A DNA stretch of 50,802 nucleotides. Source: Acidobacteriota bacterium. Lineage in GTDB: Bacteria > Acidobacteriota > Vicinamibacteria > Vicinamibacterales > 2-12-FULL-66-21. How positions within the stretch are numbered: the stretch's first letter is position 1; every line of letters begins with the position of its first letter. This document shows positions 31,835 through 41,338 of this stretch, one piece after another. The stretch covers positions 1 to 50,802 of the forward strand of contig JBKOZS010000143.1 of NCBI GenBank assembly GCA_046726015.1, written 5' to 3'. Below the pieces are notes generated by a model. That model was not told where the DNA came from. It worked only from the letters and a program-made list of their open reading frames with translations, and ran no database searches. The position numbers and the translations under genes are program-made.

Positions 31835-32641
31835 ATGCCGGATTATCTCGCCAACCTGTTGAGGCGCCCACCCGTCGGCTGGTGGGACATCCTCGACATC
31901 GCCATCGTGTCGCTCCTGATCTACGAGTTCCTCAAGTTGATCAGGGGGACGCGCGCGGTGCAGATGGCATTCGGATCGTTCCTGATCCTCGCGCTGTTCT
32001 ACCTGTCACGGCTGGCGCCGCTGCAGACGCTGAACTGGCTCATCCGCAATGCGCTCGTCTACGTCGCGTTTGCCGCGATCGTGATCTTCCAGTCCGACAT
32101 CCGCCGCGCGCTCGCGCACTTCGGCCAGGCACCGTTCTTCCGCTACCTGACCCGGCAGCAGGCGGCGGACGAGACGATCGAGGAGGTCGTTGTTGCCGCC
32201 ACGCTGCTGGCGCAGCACCGGACCGGGGCGATCTTTGCGATCGAACGCGAGATCGGCCTGCGGAACTACATCGAGAGCGGCATTCCGCTCGATGCGATGC
32301 TCACCTACGATCTGCTGGTGACGATTTTCAATCCGGGCTCGCCGGTGCACGACGGTGCGGTCATCTTGCAGGAAGGACGCGTCGCCGCAGCGGCCTGCTT
32401 CCTGCCTTTGACCGTCAACCCGCGCCTGAGCCGCGACCTCGGCACGCGCCACCGCGCGGCGATCGGCCTGACCGAAGAAAGCGATGCTGCTGCAGTGGTC
32501 ATCTCGGAGGAGACCGGTCAGATCGCGCTGGCGCTCGACGGTCACATCGAGCGCGGACTCACGCCCGACGAGCTTCGCGATCGGTTGCGCAACCTCGTTC
32601 TGCTGCGCCGCGGCCGCGCGCAGGCCAGCTACGAGGTGTAA
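31835..32641 (+). CDS. cdaA: Diadenylate cyclase CdaA/DacA
   Basis: Three N-terminal TM segments, IFQSDIRRAL, and DAC motifs HDGAV and GTRHRAA. Confidence 0.95.
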   Translation: MPDYLANLLRRPPVGWWDILDIAIVSLLIYEFLKLIRGTRAVQMAFGSFLILALFYLSRLAPLQTLNWLIRNALVYVAFAAIVIFQSDIRRALAHFGQAPFFRYLTRQQAADETIEEVVVAATLLAQHRTGAIFAIEREIGLRNYIESGIPLDAMLTYDLLVTIFNPGSPVHDGAVILQEGRVAAAACFLPLTVNPRLSRDLGTRHRAAIGLTEESDAAAVVISEETGQIALALDGHIERGLTPDELRDRLRNLVLLRRGRAQASYEV

Positions 32642-33551
32642 TGAAATATCATCCGTTCAGGCATCTCGGGCTGAAAGTGTTGGCCATCGCGCTCGCGACG
32701 CTTCTCTGGTTCACGGTCGCCGGCGAGCACGTCGTGGAGCGAAGCCTGCGGGTGCCGCTCGAGTTCCGCAACATTCCACCCGAGCTCGAAATGGTCGGGA
32801 ACCCGCCCGACAACGTTGACGTCCGCGTCCGCGGATCGTCTGCGCTCCTCAGCCGCGTCCAGCCAGGAGAAATCGTCGCGGTGCTGGATCTCTCGACGGC
32901 GCGCACGGGTTCGCGCCTCTTTCATATCCGCGCCGACGAGGTCCGCGCTCCGTTCGGCATTGAGGTGGCCCAGGTGGTGCCGCCGACGATTTCAATTGAA
33001 GTGGAGCGGTCCGCGCAGCGGAAGGTGCCGGTCGTTCCGGCCACGCAGGGCGAGCCTGCACCCGGATACGTCGTGGGTCGCGTCTCAGCCGAGCCGGCCA
33101 CCGTGGACATCGTCGGACCCGAGACCCGTGTCCGCCAGATTGCGGACGCGACGACCGAGCCGGTCTCGATTGCCGGGTCACGGACGCGCGTCCGCGACGT
33201 GGTGACGGTAGGTGTCGCCGATTCGTCCGTTCGCCTGGTTCAACCTCAGAGCGCAACCGTGATCGTCGAGGTATGGCCGGCGCCGATCGAACGAGGAGTG
33301 CCGGATGTGCCGGTGCGCTGGCGCAACCTGGGCGCTGGATTGCGAGCGCAGGTCTCGCCATCGCTCGTGCGAGTATCGGTTCGGGGAGGCCGCGACGCCC
33401 TCGCGTCGGTTGGCAACGACAGCATTCAAGCGTTCGTTGACCTTGCCGGCCTTGGAACCGGTCGATACAATTTGCGGGTTCAGGTGGATCCGGCCGAGAG
33501 TTTCGGGGTGACTGCGGTCGACCCCGCCGTGGTTTCGGTAACGATCAAGTG

Positions 33552-33552
<1 letters not shown>
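32641..33552 (+). CDS. cdaR: CdaR/YbbR-domain regulator of c-di-AMP synthesis
   Basis: MKYHPFRHLGLKVLAIALATLLWFTV followed by beta-rich YbbR repeats. The start overlaps the cdaA stop (TAATG). Confidence 0.88.
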
Positions 33553-34900
<1,348 letters not shown>

Positions 34901-34904
<4 letters not shown>

Positions 34905-35710
34905 ACATGGCGGGCCCTTCGACCCGGTCTTCGAGCTCGCCCAGGGCAGACGGGCCGCGTCTGAGCGTCAACGTCAACAAGGTTGCGACGCTGCGCAACT
35001 CCCGCGGCGGGGCGGTGCCGTCCGTGACGGACGCGGTTCGGGTCTGCCTCGATGCGGGAGCGCGCGGCATCACCATCCACCCACGCGCCGATCAGCGCCA
35101 CATCACCCGGACCGACGTCACCGCAATCGCCACGTTCCTGGGGCCGCACCGCCACGACGTTGAATTCAACATCGAGGGAGACCCGAGGCCCGATCTCGTC
35201 GAGATGGTGCGCGAGGTGCGCCCTCACCAGTGCACGCTTGTCCCGGTGCGTCCCGGCGAAATCACCAGCCAGGCGGGCTGGCCGCCCGAGACGCCGGTGA
35301 AGGAGCTGACGGCGCTCGTCTCCGATCTTCAGCAGCGCGGCATCCGCGTCAGCATGTTCATCGATCCCGAGCCTGCCGCGGTGAAATGGGCAGCATCGCT
35401 GGGCGCGCAGCGCATCGAGCTCTACACCGAGCCGTTCGCCCATGCGTTCAAGGAAAGCGAGGAGGCAGCCGACCGCAGCTTTCGACGCTACATCGAGGCT
35501 GCGAACCTGGCGCACGCGCTTGGCCTCGGCATCAACGCCGGGCACGATCTCGATCTCGACAATCTCGTCCTCTTCCGCACGCTGCCGCATCTCGACGAAG
35601 TCTCAATCGGCCACGCGCTGATCAGCCACGCGCTCTACGTTGGCCTTGATCGCTCGGTGCGGGATTACCTGGCGGCCTGCGCCGGGCAATCACCGGTCGG
35701 CGCACTATAA
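34901..35710 (+). CDS. pdxJ: Pyridoxine 5'-phosphate synthase
   Basis: Motifs LSVNVNKVATLRNSRG, HPRADQRHI, NIEG, IELYT, NAGHDL and EVSIGHALI. Confidence 0.96.
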
Positions 35711-35719
35711 TTAGTCAAC

Positions 35720-36343
35720 GTGTCAAAGGACGCCGTTGCTGTCGGGATCGCGGGTGTGTTTTTCGGGCTGCTCGTGGGCTGGATTATCGGCAGCCAGCAG
35801 GCAACCGGTGGCGCCCCACAACCGGCGGCTGCTCAAGCCACGAGCGGATCCGCTCCCGCAAGCTCACAGCAGCAACCGGCGCCACAGCCGGTCGACGAAT
35901 CGCGCGCGGCCGCGATGAAGACCGCGGCACAGCAGAACCCGAACGATGCTGTCGTGCGGGTGCAGCTCGGGGACATGTACTTCGACGCCGAACGGCTGCA
36001 GGAAGCGGCCCAATGGTACGAGGCGGCGCTGAAGATCAATCCGAAAGACGTCAACGCGAGCACCGACCTTGGCATCGCGTATTACTACATGAACCAGCCG
36101 GATCGTGCCCTCGTGCAATTCGAACACTCGCTGTCGATCGATCCGAAGCACTCGAAGACGCTGCTCAACCAGGGGATCGTGCGCGCGTTCGGCAAGCAGG
36201 ACCTGAAGGGCGCCACCGCGGCGTGGGAGAAGGTCCTGCAGGTTGCGCCGAACTCCGAGGAGGCCCGCGCGGCAAAGCAGGCGCTCGATGGGGTGCGCTC
36301 CGCGCACCAGAACCTCGACGCCGGCAGCGGCACCGGGCGTTGA
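35720..36343 (+). CDS. Membrane-anchored TPR protein
   Basis: N-terminal TM segment, Q/P/A-rich linker and three TPR-like repeats. TATAAT lies 8 nt before the GTG. Confidence 0.85.
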   Translation: MSKDAVAVGIAGVFFGLLVGWIIGSQQATGGAPQPAAAQATSGSAPASSQQQPAPQPVDESRAAAMKTAAQQNPNDAVVRVQLGDMYFDAERLQEAAQWYEAALKINPKDVNASTDLGIAYYYMNQPDRALVQFEHSLSIDPKHSKTLLNQGIVRAFGKQDLKGATAAWEKVLQVAPNSEEARAAKQALDGVRSAHQNLDAGSGTGR

Positions 36344-36344
36344 G

Positions 36345-36593
36345 ATGCTCCGCCTTCTCATCTTCCTGGTGCTCGTGTACTTCGTCGGCCGAGCGGTCTG
36401 GCGCCTGTTCCGCGGCATCGCCGAGGGCATGAGCGCATCGCGCGATCCACAGGCGCCGACAGCCGTCCCGCTCGTGCGCGACCCGGTGTGCGGCACGTTC
36501 GTCGTGCCCTCGCGCGCGCTGACCGCCGGCTCCGGCAACGACCTGCACTTCTTCTGCTCCGAACGCTGCCGCCAGGCATGGACGAAGCGGTGA
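36345..36593 (+). CDS. Small membrane protein with a YHS/TRASH-like metal-binding domain
   Basis: TM segment MLRLLIFLVLVYFVG, then VRDPVCGTFV...HFFCSERC. Confidence 0.8.
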   Translation: MLRLLIFLVLVYFVGRAVWRLFRGIAEGMSASRDPQAPTAVPLVRDPVCGTFVVPSRALTAGSGNDLHFFCSERCRQAWTKR

Positions 36594-37450
36594 TGGCGGT
36601 TCCCAGCGTCGCGAACCTCCGCGAAGACATCGTCGAAGTCGGACGCCGCATGTATGCGCGCGGGTACACCGCGTCGAACGACGGCAACATCAGCGTCCGC
36701 CTCGATGCCGGACGGTTGTTGATGACGCCGGCGAACGTCTGCAAGGGTTTCATGACCCCGCAGATGATGTGCATCACCGACCTCGAGGGACGGAAACTCG
36801 AAGGGGATCGCAATCCCTCCTCCGAGATGCAGATGCACCTCGAGGTATATCGGCAGCGGCCGGACGTCAACGGTGTGGTGCATGCACATCCGCCGATCGC
36901 CACCGGCTTTGCCGTCGCCGGGATCGCGCTCGACCGCGCGGTGCTGGCCGAGGTGATCACGACGCTTGGCAGCGTGCCTATTGCCGATTACGCGACCCCC
37001 TCGACGAAAGAGCTGCCGGAGGCGGTGCGCCGCTACATCAAGGCGCACGACGGCATGCTGCTCGCGAATCACGGCGCCCTGACGGTGGGGGGCGATCTGT
37101 TCTCCGCGTACTACAAAATGGAGACGATCGAGCACTTCGCAAAAATCAGTTTCGTCGCGCGGATGCTTGGCGGCGAACGGCTGCTCTCGCGGCAGGAGGT
37201 CGATCGGCTGCAAGGGCTTCGCGGCCGCTACGGCATCGCCGCTCCAGCACCAATCTGCGCGGATCCGGAGGCGTCGCAATCGGCCGACCAGGTCGCCTGT
37301 CAGACGGTGTTTGCGCCGCAGGGCGACGGCGAGCGGCTCATTCCCGATTACCGGGCTGGCGCTGGTGGAATAGGTCCGGACGGTGAAATTCGGCTAACAT
37401 ACCGCGAACTGTCAGCACTGATTGAGGCGGCCGTTCGAGAACTCAAGTAA
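36593..37450 (+). CDS. Class II aldolase (FucA/RhaD-like), BMC-associated, with a C-terminal encapsulation peptide
   Basis: Motifs NDGNISVR, PSSEMQMHL, VHAHPP and LANHG. An ~70-aa extension ends in LTYRELSALIEAAVRELK. Confidence 0.92.
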   Translation: MAVPSVANLREDIVEVGRRMYARGYTASNDGNISVRLDAGRLLMTPANVCKGFMTPQMMCITDLEGRKLEGDRNPSSEMQMHLEVYRQRPDVNGVVHAHPPIATGFAVAGIALDRAVLAEVITTLGSVPIADYATPSTKELPEAVRRYIKAHDGMLLANHGALTVGGDLFSAYYKMETIEHFAKISFVARMLGGERLLSRQEVDRLQGLRGRYGIAAPAPICADPEASQSADQVACQTVFAPQGDGERLIPDYRAGAGGIGPDGEIRLTYRELSALIEAAVRELK

Positions 37451-37491
37451 CGGCCGCCGGTATAGCAGCCAGTTGCCAGTCAGCAGTTCTG

Positions 37492-37529
37492 AGACTGGAA
37501 ACCGGAAACTGGAAACTGGAACTGGAAAC
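37492..37529. repeat. 7-nt tandem repeats (GAAACTG) upstream of the BMC-H gene
   Basis: agactg gaaaccg gaaactg gaaactg gaactg gaaac. Confidence 0.8.
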
Positions 37530-37542
37530 AAGGAGCAAGTAA

Positions 37543-37836
37543 ATGGGTGAGGCGCTCGGGATGGTCGAGACCAAGGGGCTGGTCGCAATGATTGAGGCGG
37601 CCGACGCGATGGTCAAGGCCGCCAAGGTGACCCTGGTGGGCTGGGAGAAGATTGGCGCCGGGTACGTGACGGCGATCGTCCGCGGTGACGTCGCTGCCGT
37701 GAAGGCTGCCACCGACGCCGGCGCCGCGGCGGCGCGCCGTGTCGGCGAGCTCGTGTCGGTCCACGTCATCCCGCGTCCTCACGCCAATCTCGAGGACACG
37801 CTGCCCATCGGGAAAGCCACGGCGAATACGAAATGA
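37543..37836 (+). CDS. eutM: BMC hexamer shell protein (EutM/PduA-like)
   Basis: [24 protein letters not shown], pore motif [15 protein letters not shown] and [16 protein letters not shown]. Confidence 0.96.
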   Translation: MGEALGMVETKGLVAMIEAADAMVKAAKVTLVGWEKIGAGYVTAIVRGDVAAVKAATDAGAAAARRVGELVSVHVIPRPHANLEDTLPIGKATANTK

Positions 37837-37939
37837 CAAATGCCAAATGACAAATGCCGGACGAAACGTAATGAAGGCATTTAGCATTCGGCATTCGCCC
37901 TTCGAGAGCCTCAGCGCAGTCCTGAGCCATGTCGAAGGG
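37831..37939. repeat. Inverted 7-nt arrays plus a CCCTTCGA...TCGAAGGG REP-like palindrome
   Basis: aaatgac aaatgcc aaatgac aaatgcc ... ggcatttagcattcggcattc, then CCCTTCGAGAGCCTCAG...CTGAGCCATGTCGAAGGG at 37898-37939. Confidence 0.75.
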
Positions 37940-37950
37940 TCGGCATTGAC

Positions 37951-38220
37951 ATGATTCTCGCGAGGGTGGTTGGAACCGTTGTCGCGACGCGCAAGGACGA
38001 GCGGCTCGTGAGCAACAAGCTGCTCGTCGCCCGGCCGGTCGATCCCACTGGCAAGGCGGACGGCAATTACCTGGTTGCCGTCGATACCGTTGATGCCGGC
38101 TTCGGCGAAACCGTGCTGATCGTCAGCGGCAGTTCCGCCCGCATGGCATCCGGCATGAAAGACTGCCCTGTCGATGCCGTCATCGTCGGCATCGTTGACA
38201 CGGTTGAAGTACAGGATTGA
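37951..38220 (+). CDS. BMC pentamer vertex protein (EutN/CcmL family) 1
   Basis: MILARVVGTVVATRK...VAVDTVDAGFGETVL...DAVIVGIVD. Confidence 0.95.
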   Translation: MILARVVGTVVATRKDERLVSNKLLVARPVDPTGKADGNYLVAVDTVDAGFGETVLIVSGSSARMASGMKDCPVDAVIVGIVDTVEVQD

Positions 38221-38221
38221 T

Positions 38222-38488
38222 GTGCAGCTCGCGCGCGTGCTCGGCGAAGTGGTGGCGACGGTGAAGGACGAGAACCTGACGGGGTTCAAACTGCTGGTCC
38301 TGCAGCCGCTGTCCTCGTCGGGAGAGGCGGCCGGCCGTACGCTGGTCGCGCTCGATTCGGTCGGCGCCGGTGTTGGTGAGAACGTGTTCTTCGTCCGCGG
38401 CCGCGAAGCGGCGTTTCCTTTCTATCCCGCTGAGCCTCCGACCGACGCGTGCATCGTGGGCATCGTCGATCACTGGCACGTACCCTAG
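38222..38488 (+). CDS. BMC pentamer vertex protein (EutN/CcmL family) 2
   Basis: GTG start, QLARVLGEVVATVK...ALDSVGAGVGENV...DACIVGIVD. Confidence 0.93.
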   Translation: MQLARVLGEVVATVKDENLTGFKLLVLQPLSSSGEAAGRTLVALDSVGAGVGENVFFVRGREAAFPFYPAEPPTDACIVGIVDHWHVP

Positions 38489-38490
38489 CG

Positions 38491-38763
38491 ATGCAGATTG
38501 CGCGCGTGGTCGGCACGGTCGTCGCGACCCAGAAGAACCGCAAGCTCGAAGGCGCGAAGCTGCTGCTGGTGCAGCCGCTGACGCTGGATGACCAGCCGCG
38601 AGGGGTGACGCTGCTGGCGATTGACTCGGTTGGCGCGGGCGTGGGCGAGAAGGTGTTGGTCGTGATTGAAGGCAAAGCCGCCGGCCAGGCGCTTGGGAAA
38701 AAGGCGGCCGCGGTCGATGCCGCGATCATCGGCATCGTCGACGCGGTAGAGTACGAACGATGA
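38491..38763 (+). CDS. BMC pentamer vertex protein (EutN/CcmL family) 3
   Basis: MQIARVVGTVVATQK...AIDSVGAGVGEKVL...DAAIIGIVD. Confidence 0.95.
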   Translation: MQIARVVGTVVATQKNRKLEGAKLLLVQPLTLDDQPRGVTLLAIDSVGAGVGEKVLVVIEGKAAGQALGKKAAAVDAAIIGIVDAVEYER

Positions 38764-38987
38764 ACGAGGACGCGCTCCGGGCGCTCGTGCGCGACACCAT
38801 TGCGCGGCTCGGCACGTCGGGTCCGGGCGAACCGCCGTCGCCGCCGTTTGGTGCGAGTCAGCCGTTGCCGTTGGCGCGTCATGCGAGTCACTACCGCTAC
38901 ACGCTGACCAAAACCGACGGTCCGTGTCTCATCGAACCCTCGGTGCAGTGCAATCACTGCGGGTACTGCGAGAGTCACGGTCACTGA
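38760..38987 (+). CDS. Small BMC-associated protein with an N-terminal encapsulation-peptide-like helix and a C-terminal Cys/His cluster
   Basis: MNEDALRALVRDTIARL, Pro-rich linker, CLIEPSVQCNHCGYCESHGH. ATGA overlap with the previous gene. Confidence 0.8.
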   Translation: MNEDALRALVRDTIARLGTSGPGEPPSPPFGASQPLPLARHASHYRYTLTKTDGPCLIEPSVQCNHCGYCESHGH

Positions 38988-39014
38988 CGCCGGGCGTCAG
39001 CCTTCAGGCTTGAA

Positions 39015-39950
39015 GTGGGTTCCGTCCTTCTCACGCGCCGCATCCCGTCATCGGTTTTCTCGCAGCTCGAGTCGCGGCACACGGTCGACTTGAACGACCG
39101 CGATTCGCTTCCACCACCGGAACTGAAGAAGCGCCTGGCCGACAAGGACGCCGTCATCTGCGTGCTCACCGACAAGATCGACGCGTCGGTGATGGACGCG
39201 GGGCCGGCGCTCAAAGTGATCTCGAACATTGCGGTCGGATACGACAATATCGACGTGGACGCGGCGCGTCAGCGCGGCATCATCGTCACCAACACGCCGG
39301 ACGTGTTGACCGATGCGGTCGCGGAGCTCACGTGGGCGCTGATGCTCGGGATCGCGCGCCGCGTCGCTGAAGGCGATCGACTGATCCGCGCGGGTGAATG
39401 GAAGCGCTGGGGTCTCGACTTCATGCTCGGGACGGAGCTCCGGGGCAAGCAGCTCGGGATCATTGGGGCCGGCCGCATCGGCCGGGCCGTTGCCGCGAAA
39501 GCCCCGGCGTTTGGCATGAGCGTCGTGTTCTCGCGCCGTTCCGCCGATCCGGGCGACCCGCGTTACGTGTCACTCGACCAGCTGCTCATCTCGTCGGACG
39601 TCATCTCGATCCACACGCCGCAGACGCCACAGACGCGGCATCTGATCGACAAGAAGGCATTCGCACGGATGAAGCGATCGGCGCTTCTCATCAACACCGC
39701 GCGCGGGCCAATCGTGGACGAAGAGGCGCTGGTGTGGGCGCTCGGCGAGCGGCTGATCGCGGGAGCCGCCCTCGACGTGTACGAGAAGGAGCCAGAGGTG
39801 CATTCGGGCCTTCTGCGCTTCGAGAACGTCCTGCTCGCGCCGCACGTTGGCAGCGCCACACGCGAGACGCGCACCGCGATGGCGGAGCTTGCGGTCAAGA
39901 ACGCAATGGCCGTCCTGGCCGGCGATGAGCCACTGACACCCGTCACCTAG
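39015..39950 (+). CDS. D-2-hydroxyacid dehydrogenase (glyoxylate/hydroxypyruvate reductase, D-glycerate dehydrogenase family)
   Basis: Motifs AVGYDNID, TNTPDVLT, GAGRIG, INTARG, LDVYEKEP and PHVGSAT. Confidence 0.93.
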   Translation: MGSVLLTRRIPSSVFSQLESRHTVDLNDRDSLPPPELKKRLADKDAVICVLTDKIDASVMDAGPALKVISNIAVGYDNIDVDAARQRGIIVTNTPDVLTDAVAELTWALMLGIARRVAEGDRLIRAGEWKRWGLDFMLGTELRGKQLGIIGAGRIGRAVAAKAPAFGMSVVFSRRSADPGDPRYVSLDQLLISSDVISIHTPQTPQTRHLIDKKAFARMKRSALLINTARGPIVDEEALVWALGERLIAGAALDVYEKEPEVHSGLLRFENVLLAPHVGSATRETRTAMAELAVKNAMAVLAGDEPLTPVT

Positions 39951-39953
39951 GCG

Positions 39954-40649
39954 ATGCCGGCACGCAGATCCGCAACGGCCGCGCCCGTCACGCTCGTGAT
40001 GCGGCGGCTTGCCCGGGCGATTGACGGCCTCGACGAGCCCGCCGTCGAGAAGATTGCCAGGGACCAGCAGGAAGATCCGTTTCAAGTCCTCATCGCGACG
40101 ATGCTGTCGGCGCAGACGAGGGATGCGGTTACGCATGCGGCGTCGACGCGGCTGTTTCGCGTTGCGCGAACGCCGCGGTCGATGGCGAAGCTTGACGTGT
40201 CGCGGATCGAGGAGCTGATCTACCCGGTCAGCTTCTATCGCCACAAGGCGGTGCACGTCAAACAGACATGCGAGCAGATCGTGAGCCGCTTCGGCGGGCG
40301 AGTGCCGTCCACGATGGACGACCTGTTGACGCTGCCGGGGGTCGGCCGCAAGACTGCAAACCTGGTCCTGATCCTTGCGCACAGCAGCGAGGACAACATC
40401 TGCGTCGACACGCACGTGCACCGGATTGCGAACCGCCTCGGGTGGGTGCACACGCGTACGCCCGAAGAGACCGAGCACGCGCTCTATAAGGCGACCCGGC
40501 GTCGCTGGTGGCCGATCATCAACCTGTATCTCGTGACGTGGGGACAGAACGTGTGCCGGCCTGTTTATCCGCTGTGCCCGCAGTGCGTGCTGGCGGATGT
40601 GTGTCCGAAAATAGGTGTGACCAAGATAGGCAAGTTGGTGAAAGCATAA
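39954..40649 (+). CDS. nth: Endonuclease III (HhH-GPD, 4Fe-4S)
   Basis: Motifs LSAQTRD, LPGVGRKTAN, VDTHVHRI and CRPVYPLCPQCVLADVC. Confidence 0.93.
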   Translation: MPARRSATAAPVTLVMRRLARAIDGLDEPAVEKIARDQQEDPFQVLIATMLSAQTRDAVTHAASTRLFRVARTPRSMAKLDVSRIEELIYPVSFYRHKAVHVKQTCEQIVSRFGGRVPSTMDDLLTLPGVGRKTANLVLILAHSSEDNICVDTHVHRIANRLGWVHTRTPEETEHALYKATRRRWWPIINLYLVTWGQNVCRPVYPLCPQCVLADVCPKIGVTKIGKLVKA

Positions 40650-41338
40650 TGATCACATCCAACGACATGCGTACTTGGTGCTGCGCGTCGGCATTTCTCA
40701 ATGCGCGTGGGGCCCCACCCCCACGCGCTCGCGCTCGCCGGCGGCGCTTCGCGCCGCTTCACTCCGTCGCCTCGCGCGGGCCGCAGGCGCTTCTCATGCT
40801 GGGGTTCACATTGATTGTCACCCTGCCTTGGCCGGGATCGGCTCAAGACAAATCCCCTGGCGCAGGGCCAATCGTGGTCCTCGAAACAGCGAAGGGCACG
40901 ATCGAGTTCGAGACGTATCCCGAAGAAGCGCCGAAGACCGTGGCGCACATCCTGGAGCTCGTCAAGCGAGGCTTCTATAACGGGCTGCGGTTTCACCGCG
41001 CCGAACCGAACTTCCTGGTCCAGGTCGGCGATCCGCTGTCGCGTGACATGAGCCGCGAGGCGGCGTGGGGCCGCGGCGGCTCGGGGAAACCGATTGGCGT
41101 TTCAGAAGTGACGAAGAAACGCCGGCACCTGGTCGGCGCCGTTTCCATGGCGTATTCAGGCAGCCGGCGCACGGAGGCGGACAGCCAGTTCTTCATCACC
41201 CGCCGGCCGGCACCGGAGCTCGACGGCAAATACACGGTGTTCGGGCGCGTGCTGAAAGGACAGGAGGTTGTCGCGAAGATCCAAAGAGGCGACGTTCTTA
41301 GACGAGCGTATCTGAAGGACGAGGCGGCAAAATCCTGA
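40649..41338 (+). CDS. Secreted cyclophilin-type peptidyl-prolyl isomerase; signal peptide interrupted by an in-frame palindromic element
   Basis: Motifs APKTV, GFYNGLRFHR, VQVGDP, VSMA, SQFFI and LDGKYTVFGRV. The start is uncertain (40649, 40667 or 40796). Confidence 0.88.
   Translation: MITSNDMRTWCCASAFLNARGAPPPRARARRRRFAPLHSVASRGPQALLMLGFTLIVTLPWPGSAQDKSPGAGPIVVLETAKGTIEFETYPEEAPKTVAHILELVKRGFYNGLRFHRAEPNFLVQVGDPLSRDMSREAAWGRGGSGKPIGVSEVTKKRRHLVGAVSMAYSGSRRTEADSQFFITRRPAPELDGKYTVFGRVLKGQEVVAKIQRGDVLRRAYLKDEAAKS
40687..40791. mobile_element. 105-nt palindromic MITE/RPE-like element inserted in frame
   Basis: Its ends match the 23137-23352 element in reverse orientation. Its length equals 35 codons. 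Hairpins GCGCGTGGGGCCCCACCCCCACGCGC and GCGGCGCTTCGCGCCGC. Confidence 0.75.

Noticed and set aside
37543-38763. Ethanolamine or propanediol utilisation, or carboxysome assignment for the shell genes
   Set aside because: There is no eutBC, pduCDE, glycyl-radical enzyme or RuBisCO. The EutM/EutN names reflect shell family only.
38996-39014. GTCAGCCTTCAGGCTTGA short palindrome before the dehydrogenase gene
   Set aside because: It is too short and degenerate to call from a single copy, though it may be a decayed REP.
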